A DNA stretch of 64,000 bases, taken from assembly GCA_965221125.1 (NCBI GenBank), contig CBDCRW010000007.1, positions 704,001-768,000 of the forward strand, in the 5' to 3' direction. Under the pieces are notes generated by a model. It ran no database searches. It was given only the letters and a program-made list of their open reading frames with translations, and was not told where the DNA came from. This DNA is from Alphaproteobacteria bacterium. Its GTDB lineage: Bacteria; Pseudomonadota; Alphaproteobacteria; UBA828. Positions 10,173 through 19,160 of the stretch are shown piece by piece. Numbering within the stretch: the first letter of the stretch is position 1; each line of letters opens with the position of its first letter. Made by a program: the position numbers and the translations under genes.

Positions 10173-10766
10173 GTGGCGAAAAACCTGATCGTCGGCGTGA
10201 CCGGCGCGAGCGGCGCTGTCTACGGCGTGCGCCTGCTGGAAGTGCTGCACGACACGCCGGTGGAGACCCATCTCGTCGTCAGCAAGTGGGGCCAGCGGAC
10301 GCTGGAGCACGAGACCGGCAAGACCCTCGACGATCTTCGCACGCTGGCGGACCATCACTACGGCGCGGGCGACATGGCCGCCCTGATGTCCTCCGGCTCG
10401 GCCGCCATCGACGGCATGGCGGTCGCGCCCTGCTCGGCGCGGAGCCTCGCGGCAATCGCCTGCGGACTCAGCGAGAACCTGATCCACCGCGCGGCCGACG
10501 TCATGATCAAGGAGCGCCGGCCGCTCGTCCTCATGGTCCGGGAGACACCGCTCAGCGCCATCCACCTCGAAAACATGCTCAAGCTGGCGCGGCTGGGCGT
10601 CACAATCCTCCCCCCCGTGCCGGCCTTCTACAACGAGCCCGGATCGATCGCGGAGATGGTCGACTACACCGTGGTCAGGGCGCTGGACCAGTTCGGCCTA
10701 CGGGTCGACCTGGGCGCGCGCTGGCGGGGCGGCCTCAAGCGCCGCCCGGAGCCGTCAGACCGCTAA
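10173..10766 (+). CDS. ubiX: Flavin prenyltransferase
   Basis: VGVTGASG, APCS, RAADVMIKERR, RETP and PAFY motifs. GTG start follows the upstream stop by 1 nt. Confidence 0.93.
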   Translation: MAKNLIVGVTGASGAVYGVRLLEVLHDTPVETHLVVSKWGQRTLEHETGKTLDDLRTLADHHYGAGDMAALMSSGSAAIDGMAVAPCSARSLAAIACGLSENLIHRAADVMIKERRPLVLMVRETPLSAIHLENMLKLARLGVTILPPVPAFYNEPGSIAEMVDYTVVRALDQFGLRVDLGARWRGGLKRRPEPSDR

Positions 10767-10822
10767 GTGCGCCGATGGTCTCATGACAGGGTCGGCCAAC
10801 CCGACCGCGACAAGCTGATTTC

Positions 10823-12754
10823 TCAACTGTCCACCAGCGCGCGCGACACGAGACCCGAGAGACGCCTGGTGAACGCCGGAGGATCGGGGACCGGCTCGCC
10901 TTCGAGGATGAGCGCCTGATCCATCAGCAGGTGGGCGGCGTCCTCCAGCGCCTCGGTCGCGCCCTTCTGCCCGACCATCCTTGCCAGCGCACGTGTCAGA
11001 TCGTGCGACGGGTTGATCTCGAGCACACGCTTCTGCTCCGGCATCTCGTGCTTGTGCTGGCGCAGCAGCCGTTCCAGGTGGATGTCGAGGTCGCCGTCGT
11101 CGGCGACGAGACAGACCGGGCTGTCGGTCAGGCGTTCGGAGGTGCGCACGTCCTTCACGGTATCGGCCAGCGTCAGCTTGACCAGGGCGATGAGCTTGTC
11201 CATCTCGCCCGGCGGCGGCGCATCCGCCTCGTCGGGCTTGGTCTCATCGTTCACGGCGAACTTTTCGAGATCCGCCGCCCCCTGGGTCACGGAGCGGAAC
11301 GTCTTTTCCTTGTATGCGCCGACCATCGGCAACCAGAACTGATCGACCGGGTCGGCCATCAGCAGCACGTCGATCCCGCGCGCGCGGAAACCCTCGACCT
11401 GCGGGCTGCGGCGCAGCGCCTCGGGGTCCTCTCCGCTGATGTAGTAGATCGCCTCCTGCTGCTCCGGCATGGCGTCCACGTACTCGTCGAGCGAGAGCCA
11501 GCCGTTGCCGCCGCCCGTGGAGCGGAAGCGAACGAGGGGAAGCAGCCGGTCCTTCTGCTCGGCGTCCTCGTAGAGCCCCTCCTTCAGCACCGCCCCGAAA
11601 TTCTCCCAGAACGCCGCGTACTCGTCCGGCGCCTTCTTGGCCCGCTTCTCCAGTTCGGAGAACACGCGCTTGACCAGGCCGGTTCGGATCTTCGCCAGGA
11701 TGGGGTCGTGCTGCAGGGTCTCGCGGCTCACGTTGAGCGCGAGATCGCTGGAATCCACCACGCCCCGTACGAACCGCAGGTACGACGGGACCAGCCCCTC
11801 GCACTCGTCGGTGATGAAGACCCGCCTGACGTAGAGCCGCACCCGGCTCTGGCGCAGCGGGTCGAACAGGTCGAAGGGCCTGGAGTCCGGCACGAAGAGC
11901 AGCGCCGTGTATTCGATTCGCCCCTCGGCATGGAGATGGATGGTGTGCCAGGGGTCGCCCGGCATGTGGGCGATGTGGTGGTAGAACTCGCGGTATTGCG
12001 CGTCGTCGATGTCGCTCTTGGGCCGGCTCCACAGCGCCGAGCCCTCGTTGACCATCTCCTTCTGGCCGCTCTCGTTCTCCAGCCAGATGGGCAGGCCGAT
12101 GTGATCGGAGTACGCCTTGACGACGGTGCGGATGCGGAGCGGCTCCAGGAACTCGCGGGCGTCCTTGCGCAGGTGCAGCGCGATCCTGGTCCCGCGCGCC
12201 GCATTGGCCTCCGGCGCGATCGAGAACGATCCGGTCCCGTCCGACCGCCAGCGCCAGCCCTCGCTCTCGTCCGCCCGCCGCGTCACCACCTCGACGCGCT
12301 TCGCCACCATGAAGGACGAATAGAAGCCGACACCGAACTGCCCGATCAGCCCGGAGGCCAGGCCGTCCTGATCCTGCTTCCCATCCTGTTCGTCTTGCCC
12401 ATCGCCGCCTTGCGCATCCGCCATCTGCTTGACGAACGCCTCGGTGCCGGAGCGCGCGATGGTCCCGAGATTGTCGATCAGCTCCTCGCGGCTCATGCCG
12501 ATGCCGTTGTCGGCCACCACCAGCACACCGCCCGTGCTGTCCGGCGTGATCGTCACCGCGAGCGCGGCATCGTCGCCCAGCAGGTCCGGCTGGGTGATCG
12601 CCGAATAGCGAAGCTTGTCGCAGGCGTCTGAGGCGTTCGAGATCAGCTCGCGCAGGAAGATCTCCTTCTCCCGATAGAGCGACTTGGCCATGAGATCGAG
12701 CAGCTTGCTGACCTCGGCCTGGAACGCGTGGCGCTCCCCGTTCGATTTCGCCAT
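10823..12754 (-). CDS. htpG: Molecular chaperone HtpG (Hsp90)
   Basis: FLRELISNASDA, NLGTIARSGT, IGQFGVGFYS, LNVSRETLQ. Confidence 0.97.
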   Translation of the reverse strand: MAKSNGERHAFQAEVSKLLDLMAKSLYREKEIFLRELISNASDACDKLRYSAITQPDLLGDDAALAVTITPDSTGGVLVVADNGIGMSREELIDNLGTIARSGTEAFVKQMADAQGGDGQDEQDGKQDQDGLASGLIGQFGVGFYSSFMVAKRVEVVTRRADESEGWRWRSDGTGSFSIAPEANAARGTRIALHLRKDAREFLEPLRIRTVVKAYSDHIGLPIWLENESGQKEMVNEGSALWSRPKSDIDDAQYREFYHHIAHMPGDPWHTIHLHAEGRIEYTALLFVPDSRPFDLFDPLRQSRVRLYVRRVFITDECEGLVPSYLRFVRGVVDSSDLALNVSRETLQHDPILAKIRTGLVKRVFSELEKRAKKAPDEYAAFWENFGAVLKEGLYEDAEQKDRLLPLVRFRSTGGGNGWLSLDEYVDAMPEQQEAIYYISGEDPEALRRSPQVEGFRARGIDVLLMADPVDQFWLPMVGAYKEKTFRSVTQGAADLEKFAVNDETKPDEADAPPPGEMDKLIALVKLTLADTVKDVRTSERLTDSPVCLVADDGDLDIHLERLLRQHKHEMPEQKRVLEINPSHDLTRALARMVGQKGATEALEDAAHLLMDQALILEGEPVPDPPAFTRRLSGLVSRALVDS

Positions 12755-12796
12755 CTCCCCCTCCGCTTCGCCCGTGCGCTGACGGTTCGGGGCGCT

Positions 12797-12825
12797 ATAT
12801 GTGACGAACCCGCGAGCGGTTCAAG
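12797..12825 (-). promoter_or_regulatory. Putative RpoH (sigma32) heat-shock promoter of htpG
   Basis: Minus strand CTTGAA-N16-CACATAT resembles the alphaproteobacterial RpoH consensus; about 43 nt upstream of the htpG ATG. Confidence 0.7.
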
Positions 12826-12873
12826 CCCGCGCTGGGCGGTCTTGCCCGAAATCAGAAGCGCGCCGGCGACGGT

Positions 12874-13323
12874 CTATTCCAGAGCGTCGAGCTGCCCGCC
12901 TTCGAGAATCTGCTCCAGGACGATGCCGTCGGACTGTTCGTACCGGCCATCGCCAAGCGGCGTGACGAACTTGCAGAACTCCTTGGGGCCGATCGGTATG
13001 GCCGGATAATTCGTGCAAAAATGGCCGAGATCGTTGAAGAAATACGTTCCATCGTAGTTGAACGTCCCGAACGGAGTCTTCGCCTTCAATTTGGCTGTCC
13101 CGTCGGGCGCAAAATACTCGGCCGCCTGGATATTTCTTTTCTCGTCGATGCCAATGACGGTGCTTCCTGCCACGAGCGCCTGCACTTCGGCGACGGTCAG
13201 CGCATCCAGCGTCTCGGCAGTGACCTCCGGCGGCGGCGCCTGCTGCGTCTGGCACGCCGCGGCAACGAATCCAACGGCCGCGAGCACCACGCCGGCGGCA
13301 GCGATTTTCGCGACGTTGACCAT
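12874..13323 (-). CDS. Small putative lipoprotein of unknown function
   Basis: Signal peptide ending AAAC (lipobox-like), GGGAGG RBS, beta-rich body. GC is visibly lower than in flanking genes. Confidence 0.7.
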   Translation of the reverse strand: MVNVAKIAAAGVVLAAVGFVAAACQTQQAPPPEVTAETLDALTVAEVQALVAGSTVIGIDEKRNIQAAEYFAPDGTAKLKAKTPFGTFNYDGTYFFNDLGHFCTNYPAIPIGPKEFCKFVTPLGDGRYEQSDGIVLEQILEGGQLDALE

Positions 13324-13459
13324 GTGAATTCCTCCCGACGAGCCGATCCTGTGAGCCGTGCGTCTCCTGCCTAGCTAACCGCGGGAGGTCACATACATGC
13401 AATTATCGCTTGCGGCGAACGGGGTTGCCAAATCGGGGCGGAGCGCCAATCCTCTCCTC

Positions 13460-15997
13460 ATGGTTCGGCACGACGCCGAAAACGCCGCCGTCACCGCGCT
13501 GCTCGGCCCGACCAACACGGGAAAGACCCATCTGGCGGTCGAGCGCATGCTGGCTCATCGCACCGGCATGATGGGCTTCCCGCTCCGCCTCCTCGCGCGC
13601 GAGGTCTACGACCGCGTGGTTGAGGCGAAGGGGGAGGGCGCGGTTGCGCTGGTGACGGGGGAAGAACGGCGGGTTCCCGAAGAGCCGCGCTACTTCGTCT
13701 GCACCGTGGAATCGATGCCGCTCGATCGGCAGGTCGAGTTCGTCGCGGTTGACGAGATTCAGCTCGCCGGCGACCGCGAGCGCGGTCACATCTTCACCGA
13801 CCGGCTGCTGCGCGCGCGCGGGACCGCAGAAACCATGTTCCTCGGCGCGGATACGATGTGCCCGTTGATCCGCGCGCTCGTGCCCGAGGCAAAGTTCACC
13901 AGCCGGCCCCGGCTTTCCACGCTCGGCCACGAGGGGCACTGCAAGCTGGCGCGGCTCAGGCCTCGAAATGCCGTCATCGCCTTCTCGACCGAGTCGGTCT
14001 ACGCGCTCGCCGAGCGCGTCCGGGGCCTCCGGGGCGGCTGCGCGGTGGTGCTGGGGGCGTTGAGCCCGCGCACGCGCAACGCGCAGGTCGGCCTCTACCA
14101 GTCGGGCGAGGTGGACAGTCTGATCGCGACGGACGCCATCGGCATGGGCCTCAACCTGGACCTGGAGCACGTCGCGTTCTCGGCCTGCCGGAAGTTCGAC
14201 GGCCGGGCGATGCGCATGCTCACGTCCGCCGAGATCGCGCAGATCGCAGGCCGCGCGGGTCGCCACCTCACGGACGGCAGCTTCGGCACGACCGGCGGCA
14301 TTGAGCCATTCGACCCCGCTCTCGTGCAGGCGGTGGAGGATCATCGCTTCCCGCCGGTACGCAGCGCCTACTGGCGCAACGCCGACCTCAGCTTCGAGTC
14401 GTTACCGGCGCTGGCCGACTCGCTGGCCGCGCCGCCGCCGCTCCCCGGTCTGAAACGAACCCACGATGCGGACGACCACCGGACTCTGCTCGTGCTCGCG
14501 CGCGACCCGGCGGTCGCGGAGACACTGACCGGCGCGGATCGCATCGCGCTCCTCTGGGAGGTCTGCCAGATCCCCGATTTTCGCAAGACCATGGCGGAGG
14601 ATCACGTGGGTCTCGTGCGGCGGATCTATCTCTCGCTGGTCGGGAGCGGCCGCCTGCCGCCGGACTGGGTCGCCCGCTCGATCGAGCGGCTGGCGCCCAC
14701 GGAAGGCGACATCGATACGCTGACGGCCCGCATCAGCCATGTGCGAACGTGGACCTACGTCTCGCACCGCGCCGACTGGGTGGACGACGCGCGCGGCTGG
14801 CAGGAGCGCACGCGCTCGCTCGAGGACGCGCTCTCCGACGCACTCCATGCGCAACTGACCCAGCTCTTCGTCAAGCGCAGGCGGGGCCATGTCCGTCCCG
14901 GCAGGCGTATGGACGAGGCCCTTTTCGCGATCGTCGAAGACAGCGGCGCGGTCATGGTGGAGGGGGAGCGGGCCGGAATCTTCGACGGCTTTCGCTTCCG
15001 CCCCGATACCGAGGTCGAGCAGAGCAGGGGCGTGCTCGCGGCCGCGCACCGCGTGGTCGAGCGCGAAGTCGCGCGACGGGTCGCTGTGGCAGAGGCGGAC
15101 GGCGACGACGCGTTCGCACTTGGACTGGAGCCCGGACGGAAAGATGCGCCGCGCTGGGGCGAGATCGCCTGGCGCGGGGCCTCGGTCGGCCGGCTCGGCC
15201 GGGGCGACACGCCGCTCCGGCCAGCCATCGCTCTCATCGGCGAAGATCATCTGAGCGCGGCGCAGCGCGAGCGAGTGCGCCGGCGCCTCCAGGCATGGCT
15301 CGATGGCTTTCTCGCCCGCAACGCGGGACCGCTCGTGGCGCTCCGCGACGCGCCGCTCGAAGGCACCGCCCGCGGGGTTGCATTCGCGCTGGGCGAAGAG
15401 CTCGGCTGCGCGCCCCGGCGGGCGCTTGCGCCCCAGATCGCCGCGCTCGATCAGGAGGGACGCCGGGCGCTCGCGCAAGCGGGCGTGCGGCTCGGCGCGC
15501 TCAGCGTGTTCATGCCCGCCATGCTGAAGCCGGCGCGCGCGCGCTGCGCCGGTCTCCTGTGGTGGGCCTGCAACGGTGCGGAGGCACGGCCGCCCACGGT
15601 CGGCTCCGCCGTCTCGGTGGAGCGCGACCCGGACGTGCCCGACGCGTGCTATGCCGCACTGGGCCTGATCCCCCTGGGCAGCCAGATGGTCCGTGCGGAT
15701 ATCGCGGAACGCATCGCCGCCCGCCTGCGCAAGGCCGCCCGCGACGAGCCCTTCGCCGTCGACCCCGGAATTTTGAAGCTGGCCGCGTGCAAGCGGGGCA
15801 AGTTCGAGGACATTCTCGACGCTCTCGGCTATGCGGTGGCCGGCATCGGCACCGATGGCCAGCAACGATATGCGCGGACCGGCCCGAGCCGCCGCAGGAC
15901 CGGCAAGAAGAAACGGCAAGAGGGGAGGGGAGCGAACCCCGATTCTCCCTTCGCGAAGCTCAGCGTTCTCGCCACCGGCACCGCCCGCCCGTCGTGA
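13460..15997 (+). CDS. SUV3-like SF2 helicase (alphaproteobacterial MgpS type)
   Basis: GPTNTGKT, DEIQ, ATDAIGMGLN and QIAGRAGR motifs. Start may be 13397. Confidence 0.9.
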   Translation: MVRHDAENAAVTALLGPTNTGKTHLAVERMLAHRTGMMGFPLRLLAREVYDRVVEAKGEGAVALVTGEERRVPEEPRYFVCTVESMPLDRQVEFVAVDEIQLAGDRERGHIFTDRLLRARGTAETMFLGADTMCPLIRALVPEAKFTSRPRLSTLGHEGHCKLARLRPRNAVIAFSTESVYALAERVRGLRGGCAVVLGALSPRTRNAQVGLYQSGEVDSLIATDAIGMGLNLDLEHVAFSACRKFDGRAMRMLTSAEIAQIAGRAGRHLTDGSFGTTGGIEPFDPALVQAVEDHRFPPVRSAYWRNADLSFESLPALADSLAAPPPLPGLKRTHDADDHRTLLVLARDPAVAETLTGADRIALLWEVCQIPDFRKTMAEDHVGLVRRIYLSLVGSGRLPPDWVARSIERLAPTEGDIDTLTARISHVRTWTYVSHRADWVDDARGWQERTRSLEDALSDALHAQLTQLFVKRRRGHVRPGRRMDEALFAIVEDSGAVMVEGERAGIFDGFRFRPDTEVEQSRGVLAAAHRVVEREVARRVAVAEADGDDAFALGLEPGRKDAPRWGEIAWRGASVGRLGRGDTPLRPAIALIGEDHLSAAQRERVRRRLQAWLDGFLARNAGPLVALRDAPLEGTARGVAFALGEELGCAPRRALAPQIAALDQEGRRALAQAGVRLGALSVFMPAMLKPARARCAGLLWWACNGAEARPPTVGSAVSVERDPDVPDACYAALGLIPLGSQMVRADIAERIAARLRKAARDEPFAVDPGILKLAACKRGKFEDILDALGYAVAGIGTDGQQRYARTGPSRRRTGKKKRQEGRGANPDSPFAKLSVLATGTARPS

Positions 15998-16278
15998 CGC
16001 GCGACGCCACTGCCGCTCTGGCGACCCGGCTGGACAAGTGGCTCTGGTACGCGCGCTTCTTCAAGACGCGGGGGCTCGCGCAGAAGGCCTGCGAATCCGG
16101 GCGTATCCGTGTCAACGGCCGCCGGATCACAAAGGCGCACCGGGCTGTCGGTCCCGGCGACGTGCTGACCTTCGTGCAGGGGCGGGTGGTGAGAATCGTG
16201 CGGGTGCTGGCGGTGGCCGAGCGGCGCGGGCCTGCGCCCGAGGCCCAGCTTCTCTATGAGGAAATCGAGCAGGAGTAG
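15994..16278 (+). CDS. hslR: RNA-binding S4 domain protein (Hsp15-like)
   Basis: RLDKWLWYARFFKTR ... RRGPAPEAQLLY; GTGA overlap with the helicase stop. Confidence 0.88.
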   Translation: MTRDATAALATRLDKWLWYARFFKTRGLAQKACESGRIRVNGRRITKAHRAVGPGDVLTFVQGRVVRIVRVLAVAERRGPAPEAQLLYEEIEQE

Positions 16279-16350
16279 GGCCATTCGGGCCGGCCGCAGC
16301 CTGCCGGGCGGCTCTTGAGTCGGTCGGCTTCGGTATGATAGGCAGCGCCC

Positions 16351-16830
16351 GTGATCGATCGCATCAAGATACTCTTGCGCGGTGCCGACCTGGACGACGC
16401 CGGGCAAACGGAACCCGACGCGCCGAAGCTTGCGGCGGCCGCGCTTCTGGTCGAGGCGGCGTGCATGGACGGGCATTTTGACGGCGATGAGCGCGATGCC
16501 GTCTGCGCGGCCCTGGGCGCGCATTTCGGGCTTAGCGAGAGCGAGGCCGACACGCTGATCGAAGAAGCCGAGGCCGCCCATCACGAGGCCACCGATCTCC
16601 ACCGCTTCACGCGGGCCATCAACGACCGTTACGATCACGGGGACCGCCTCGCGGTGATGGAGATGCTGTGGGAGGTGGTTTATGCTGACGGCAGGCTTCA
16701 CGCCTATGAGGCCAATCTGATTCGCCGGGTCGGCGGCTTGCTTCACATCACGGACCGGGAACGGGGGGAAGCACGCAAGCGTGTCCTCGCCCGCGTCTCC
16801 GGCGATCCGGAGCAGGCGGCTGCCACCTGA
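16351..16830 (+). CDS. TerB-family protein
   Basis: LAAAALLVEAA.MDG..D..E and LWEVVYADG..HAYE motifs. Confidence 0.82.
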   Translation: MIDRIKILLRGADLDDAGQTEPDAPKLAAAALLVEAACMDGHFDGDERDAVCAALGAHFGLSESEADTLIEEAEAAHHEATDLHRFTRAINDRYDHGDRLAVMEMLWEVVYADGRLHAYEANLIRRVGGLLHITDRERGEARKRVLARVSGDPEQAAAT

Positions 16831-16878
16831 GGAGCCGGCCGCGGCGTACGCACGAGCGAATCACGGAGCACGAAGCGA

Positions 16879-17223
16879 ATGACCTATCTGGTGACCGAGG
16901 CCTGCATTCGGTGCAAGTATCAGGACTGCATCGAGGTATGCCCGGTGGATTGCTTTTATGTGGGCGAGAACATGCTGGTGATCCATCCGGACGAGTGCAT
17001 CGACTGCGGCGTTTGCGAGCCCGAGTGTCCCGTCGAAGCGATCATTCCCGATACCGCGGGCGACGACGACTCGGACAAGTGGCTGGAGATCAACCGCAAG
17101 TTCGCGGAAATCTGGCCCAATATCACGCGCAAGGGCGACCCGCCGGACGACGCTGACGACTACAAGGATGAAGAAGGCAAGTTCCAAAAATATTTCTCGG
17201 AAAATCCGGGGGAAGGCGACTAA
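16879..17223 (+). CDS. fdxA: 7Fe ferredoxin
   Basis: [17 protein letters not shown] and [12 protein letters not shown]. Confidence 0.96.
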   Translation: MTYLVTEACIRCKYQDCIEVCPVDCFYVGENMLVIHPDECIDCGVCEPECPVEAIIPDTAGDDDSDKWLEINRKFAEIWPNITRKGDPPDDADDYKDEEGKFQKYFSENPGEGD

Positions 17224-17394
17224 CCGACCGGCTGCTGCGCTGGAAATTCCGCCGCAACTATGCTAGGGTGTGAACCATTGCGGCGGGGCGATCGGCGCCC
17301 GGCCCGAAACGGCGGCCCCCCCGAGCGGCCGCCGTTGGCGTAAAGCCCCTCGGGCACGGCCGTACCTCAAATCGGACAGGGATACTCGGACACC

Positions 17395-18297
17395 GTGAGC
17401 AGCAAGGCGCCGCCCAAATCGAGAGCTTCCGCTAAAGAACAGTCATCCGCCAAGGCCCGAAAGGGCTCTGCAGCCTCCTCCGGCACCGCGGCACGATCGA
17501 AGGCATCGGCGCGCTCCCGGACGGCGGCGAAGAAGTCGACCGGCGCGGCAGGCAGCACGTGGCGTACCGCATCGCGGCGCGCATCGAAGCAGCCGGAAGC
17601 CTCGGAGGAAAGTTCGGTGAAGCCCCGGTCAGCGGCCGGCGGCGCGAAGAGCGCCAGGGCCGCGAAGTCCACGAAGACGGCAAAGGCCGGAAGCGGCCCG
17701 AAGGCCGGAGCCGGCGCGAAGGCCAAGCGCCCCGCCAAGGGAAGCGCCGCCGGCAAGGCGGGCGCCGCTCCTGCCGAGGCGCGGCGGAAGAAGAAGGCCC
17801 CGACCGAGATCAACGGCTTCGCCGTGGGGGATCATGTGGTCTATCCCGCCCACGGGGTCGGCCGCATCACGGGGATCGACGAGCGGACGGTGGGGGATCA
17901 GACCCTGCAGATGTTCGTCGTGGCCTTCGAGAAGGACAAGATGACCCTGCTGGTGCCGACCGACAAGGTCGACTCGGCCGGCATGCGCCGGCTCAGCTCG
18001 CGCGAGACCATGGACGCGGCCATCACGACCCTGCGCGGCCGCGCACGCACGCGCCGCGTCATGTGGAGCCGGCGGGCCCAGGAGTACGAGGCGAAGCTGA
18101 ACTCCGGCGATCCGGTCTCGATCGCGGAAGTCGTGCGGGACCTGCACCGCAACGTCGGCCAGCCCGACCAGAGCTACAGCGAGCGCCAGATGTACGAGGC
18201 GGCGCTGGATCGACTGGCGCGCGAGTTCGCGGCGGTCGACAATACCGATACCGAGCAGGCGGCGAACAAGCTGGAGGACGTCCTGCGCGCGGCGTAG
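17395..18297 (+). CDS. carD: CarD/CdnL-family RNA polymerase regulator with a long Ala/Lys/Ser/Arg-rich N-terminal extension
   Basis: GDHVVYPAHGVG, MWSRRAQEYE.K.NSG and QSYSERQ motifs from about 17818. Exact start is uncertain. Confidence 0.88.
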   Translation: MSSKAPPKSRASAKEQSSAKARKGSAASSGTAARSKASARSRTAAKKSTGAAGSTWRTASRRASKQPEASEESSVKPRSAAGGAKSARAAKSTKTAKAGSGPKAGAGAKAKRPAKGSAAGKAGAAPAEARRKKKAPTEINGFAVGDHVVYPAHGVGRITGIDERTVGDQTLQMFVVAFEKDKMTLLVPTDKVDSAGMRRLSSRETMDAAITTLRGRARTRRVMWSRRAQEYEAKLNSGDPVSIAEVVRDLHRNVGQPDQSYSERQMYEAALDRLAREFAAVDNTDTEQAANKLEDVLRAA

Positions 18298-18319
18298 GGG
18301 TCGTCCTCCCTGCAACCAA

Positions 18320-19126
18320 GTGGGCTGCGCCACCAACGAACGCTTCGTGACGATCCGCAGCGGCGGACGAATCTGGGCCGTCGGCGCTATCCACGGCGAA
18401 GCGGAGAGGTTGGCCGCGCTGCACGCCGCCATCGAGGAGCGGTTTCAGTCGGGCGACCGAATCGTCTATCTCGGCAACTACCTTGGCCTCGGCGCGCAGG
18501 TTGCCGCCACCCTCGACGAGCTGGTGGCATTCCGTGGTGCGTTGCTTGCCGTCCCGCACATGAGCGTCTGCGACGTGGCCTACTTGCGGGGCAGCCAGGA
18601 GGAGATGTGGCAGAAACTGTTCCAACTCCACCTCTCCGTCGAGCCGTCGAGCGTGCTGCAATGGATGTTGGACCGGGGCGTGCGGCAGACTCTCGCGGCC
18701 TACGGGTGGGGGCCCGACGAGGCGCACGGGCGGGTCAGCCATGGCTCGCAGGAGATCGCGCGCTGGCTTAGCGAGCTTCGCGCCAGAATGCAGCAGTATC
18801 CGGGGCACCAGGAGCTTCTGGCCAGCGTGCGGCAGGCGGCCTTTACCGACGACGGCGCCCTCCTGTTCGTCAATTCGGGGCTCGATCCCTCGCGCCCCCT
18901 CGATACCCAGCGAGACGCCTTCTGGTGGGGCGGCGATCGGCTCGCTGCGCTGGCCCAGCCCTACGCCGACTACAAGAGGATCATCCGCGGTTTCGATCCC
19001 TCGCAAGGCGGGGTCAACCTGGACGGCTACGTCGCGACGGTCGATGGCGGCGCAGGCTTCGGCGGCACGCTCGCGGCCGCCTGTTTCGATTCGGAAGGCA
19101 AGGCGCTTGACCGGATAGACGTGTGA
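18320..19126 (+). CDS. Calcineurin-like metallophosphoesterase-fold protein with degenerate metal ligands
   Basis: Motif spacing matches PrpA/ApaH-type phosphoesterases but reads GAIHG, LGNYLG, LRGSQE, FVNSG and IRGF. Confidence 0.72.
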   Translation: MGCATNERFVTIRSGGRIWAVGAIHGEAERLAALHAAIEERFQSGDRIVYLGNYLGLGAQVAATLDELVAFRGALLAVPHMSVCDVAYLRGSQEEMWQKLFQLHLSVEPSSVLQWMLDRGVRQTLAAYGWGPDEAHGRVSHGSQEIARWLSELRARMQQYPGHQELLASVRQAAFTDDGALLFVNSGLDPSRPLDTQRDAFWWGGDRLAALAQPYADYKRIIRGFDPSQGGVNLDGYVATVDGGAGFGGTLAAACFDSEGKALDRIDV

Positions 19127-19160
19127 CGACAACCTCTGCCGTCGGTAGAGGAAGGGCGCC

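Noticed and set aside
12360-12425. Short QD-rich repeat insertion in HtpG (GQDEQDGKQDQDG)
   Set aside because: It lies in the naturally variable loop before IGQFGVG and is probably neutral.
17280-17360. GC-rich hairpins upstream of carD as an ncRNA
   Set aside because: No recognisable family consensus, and such hairpins are common at this GC content.
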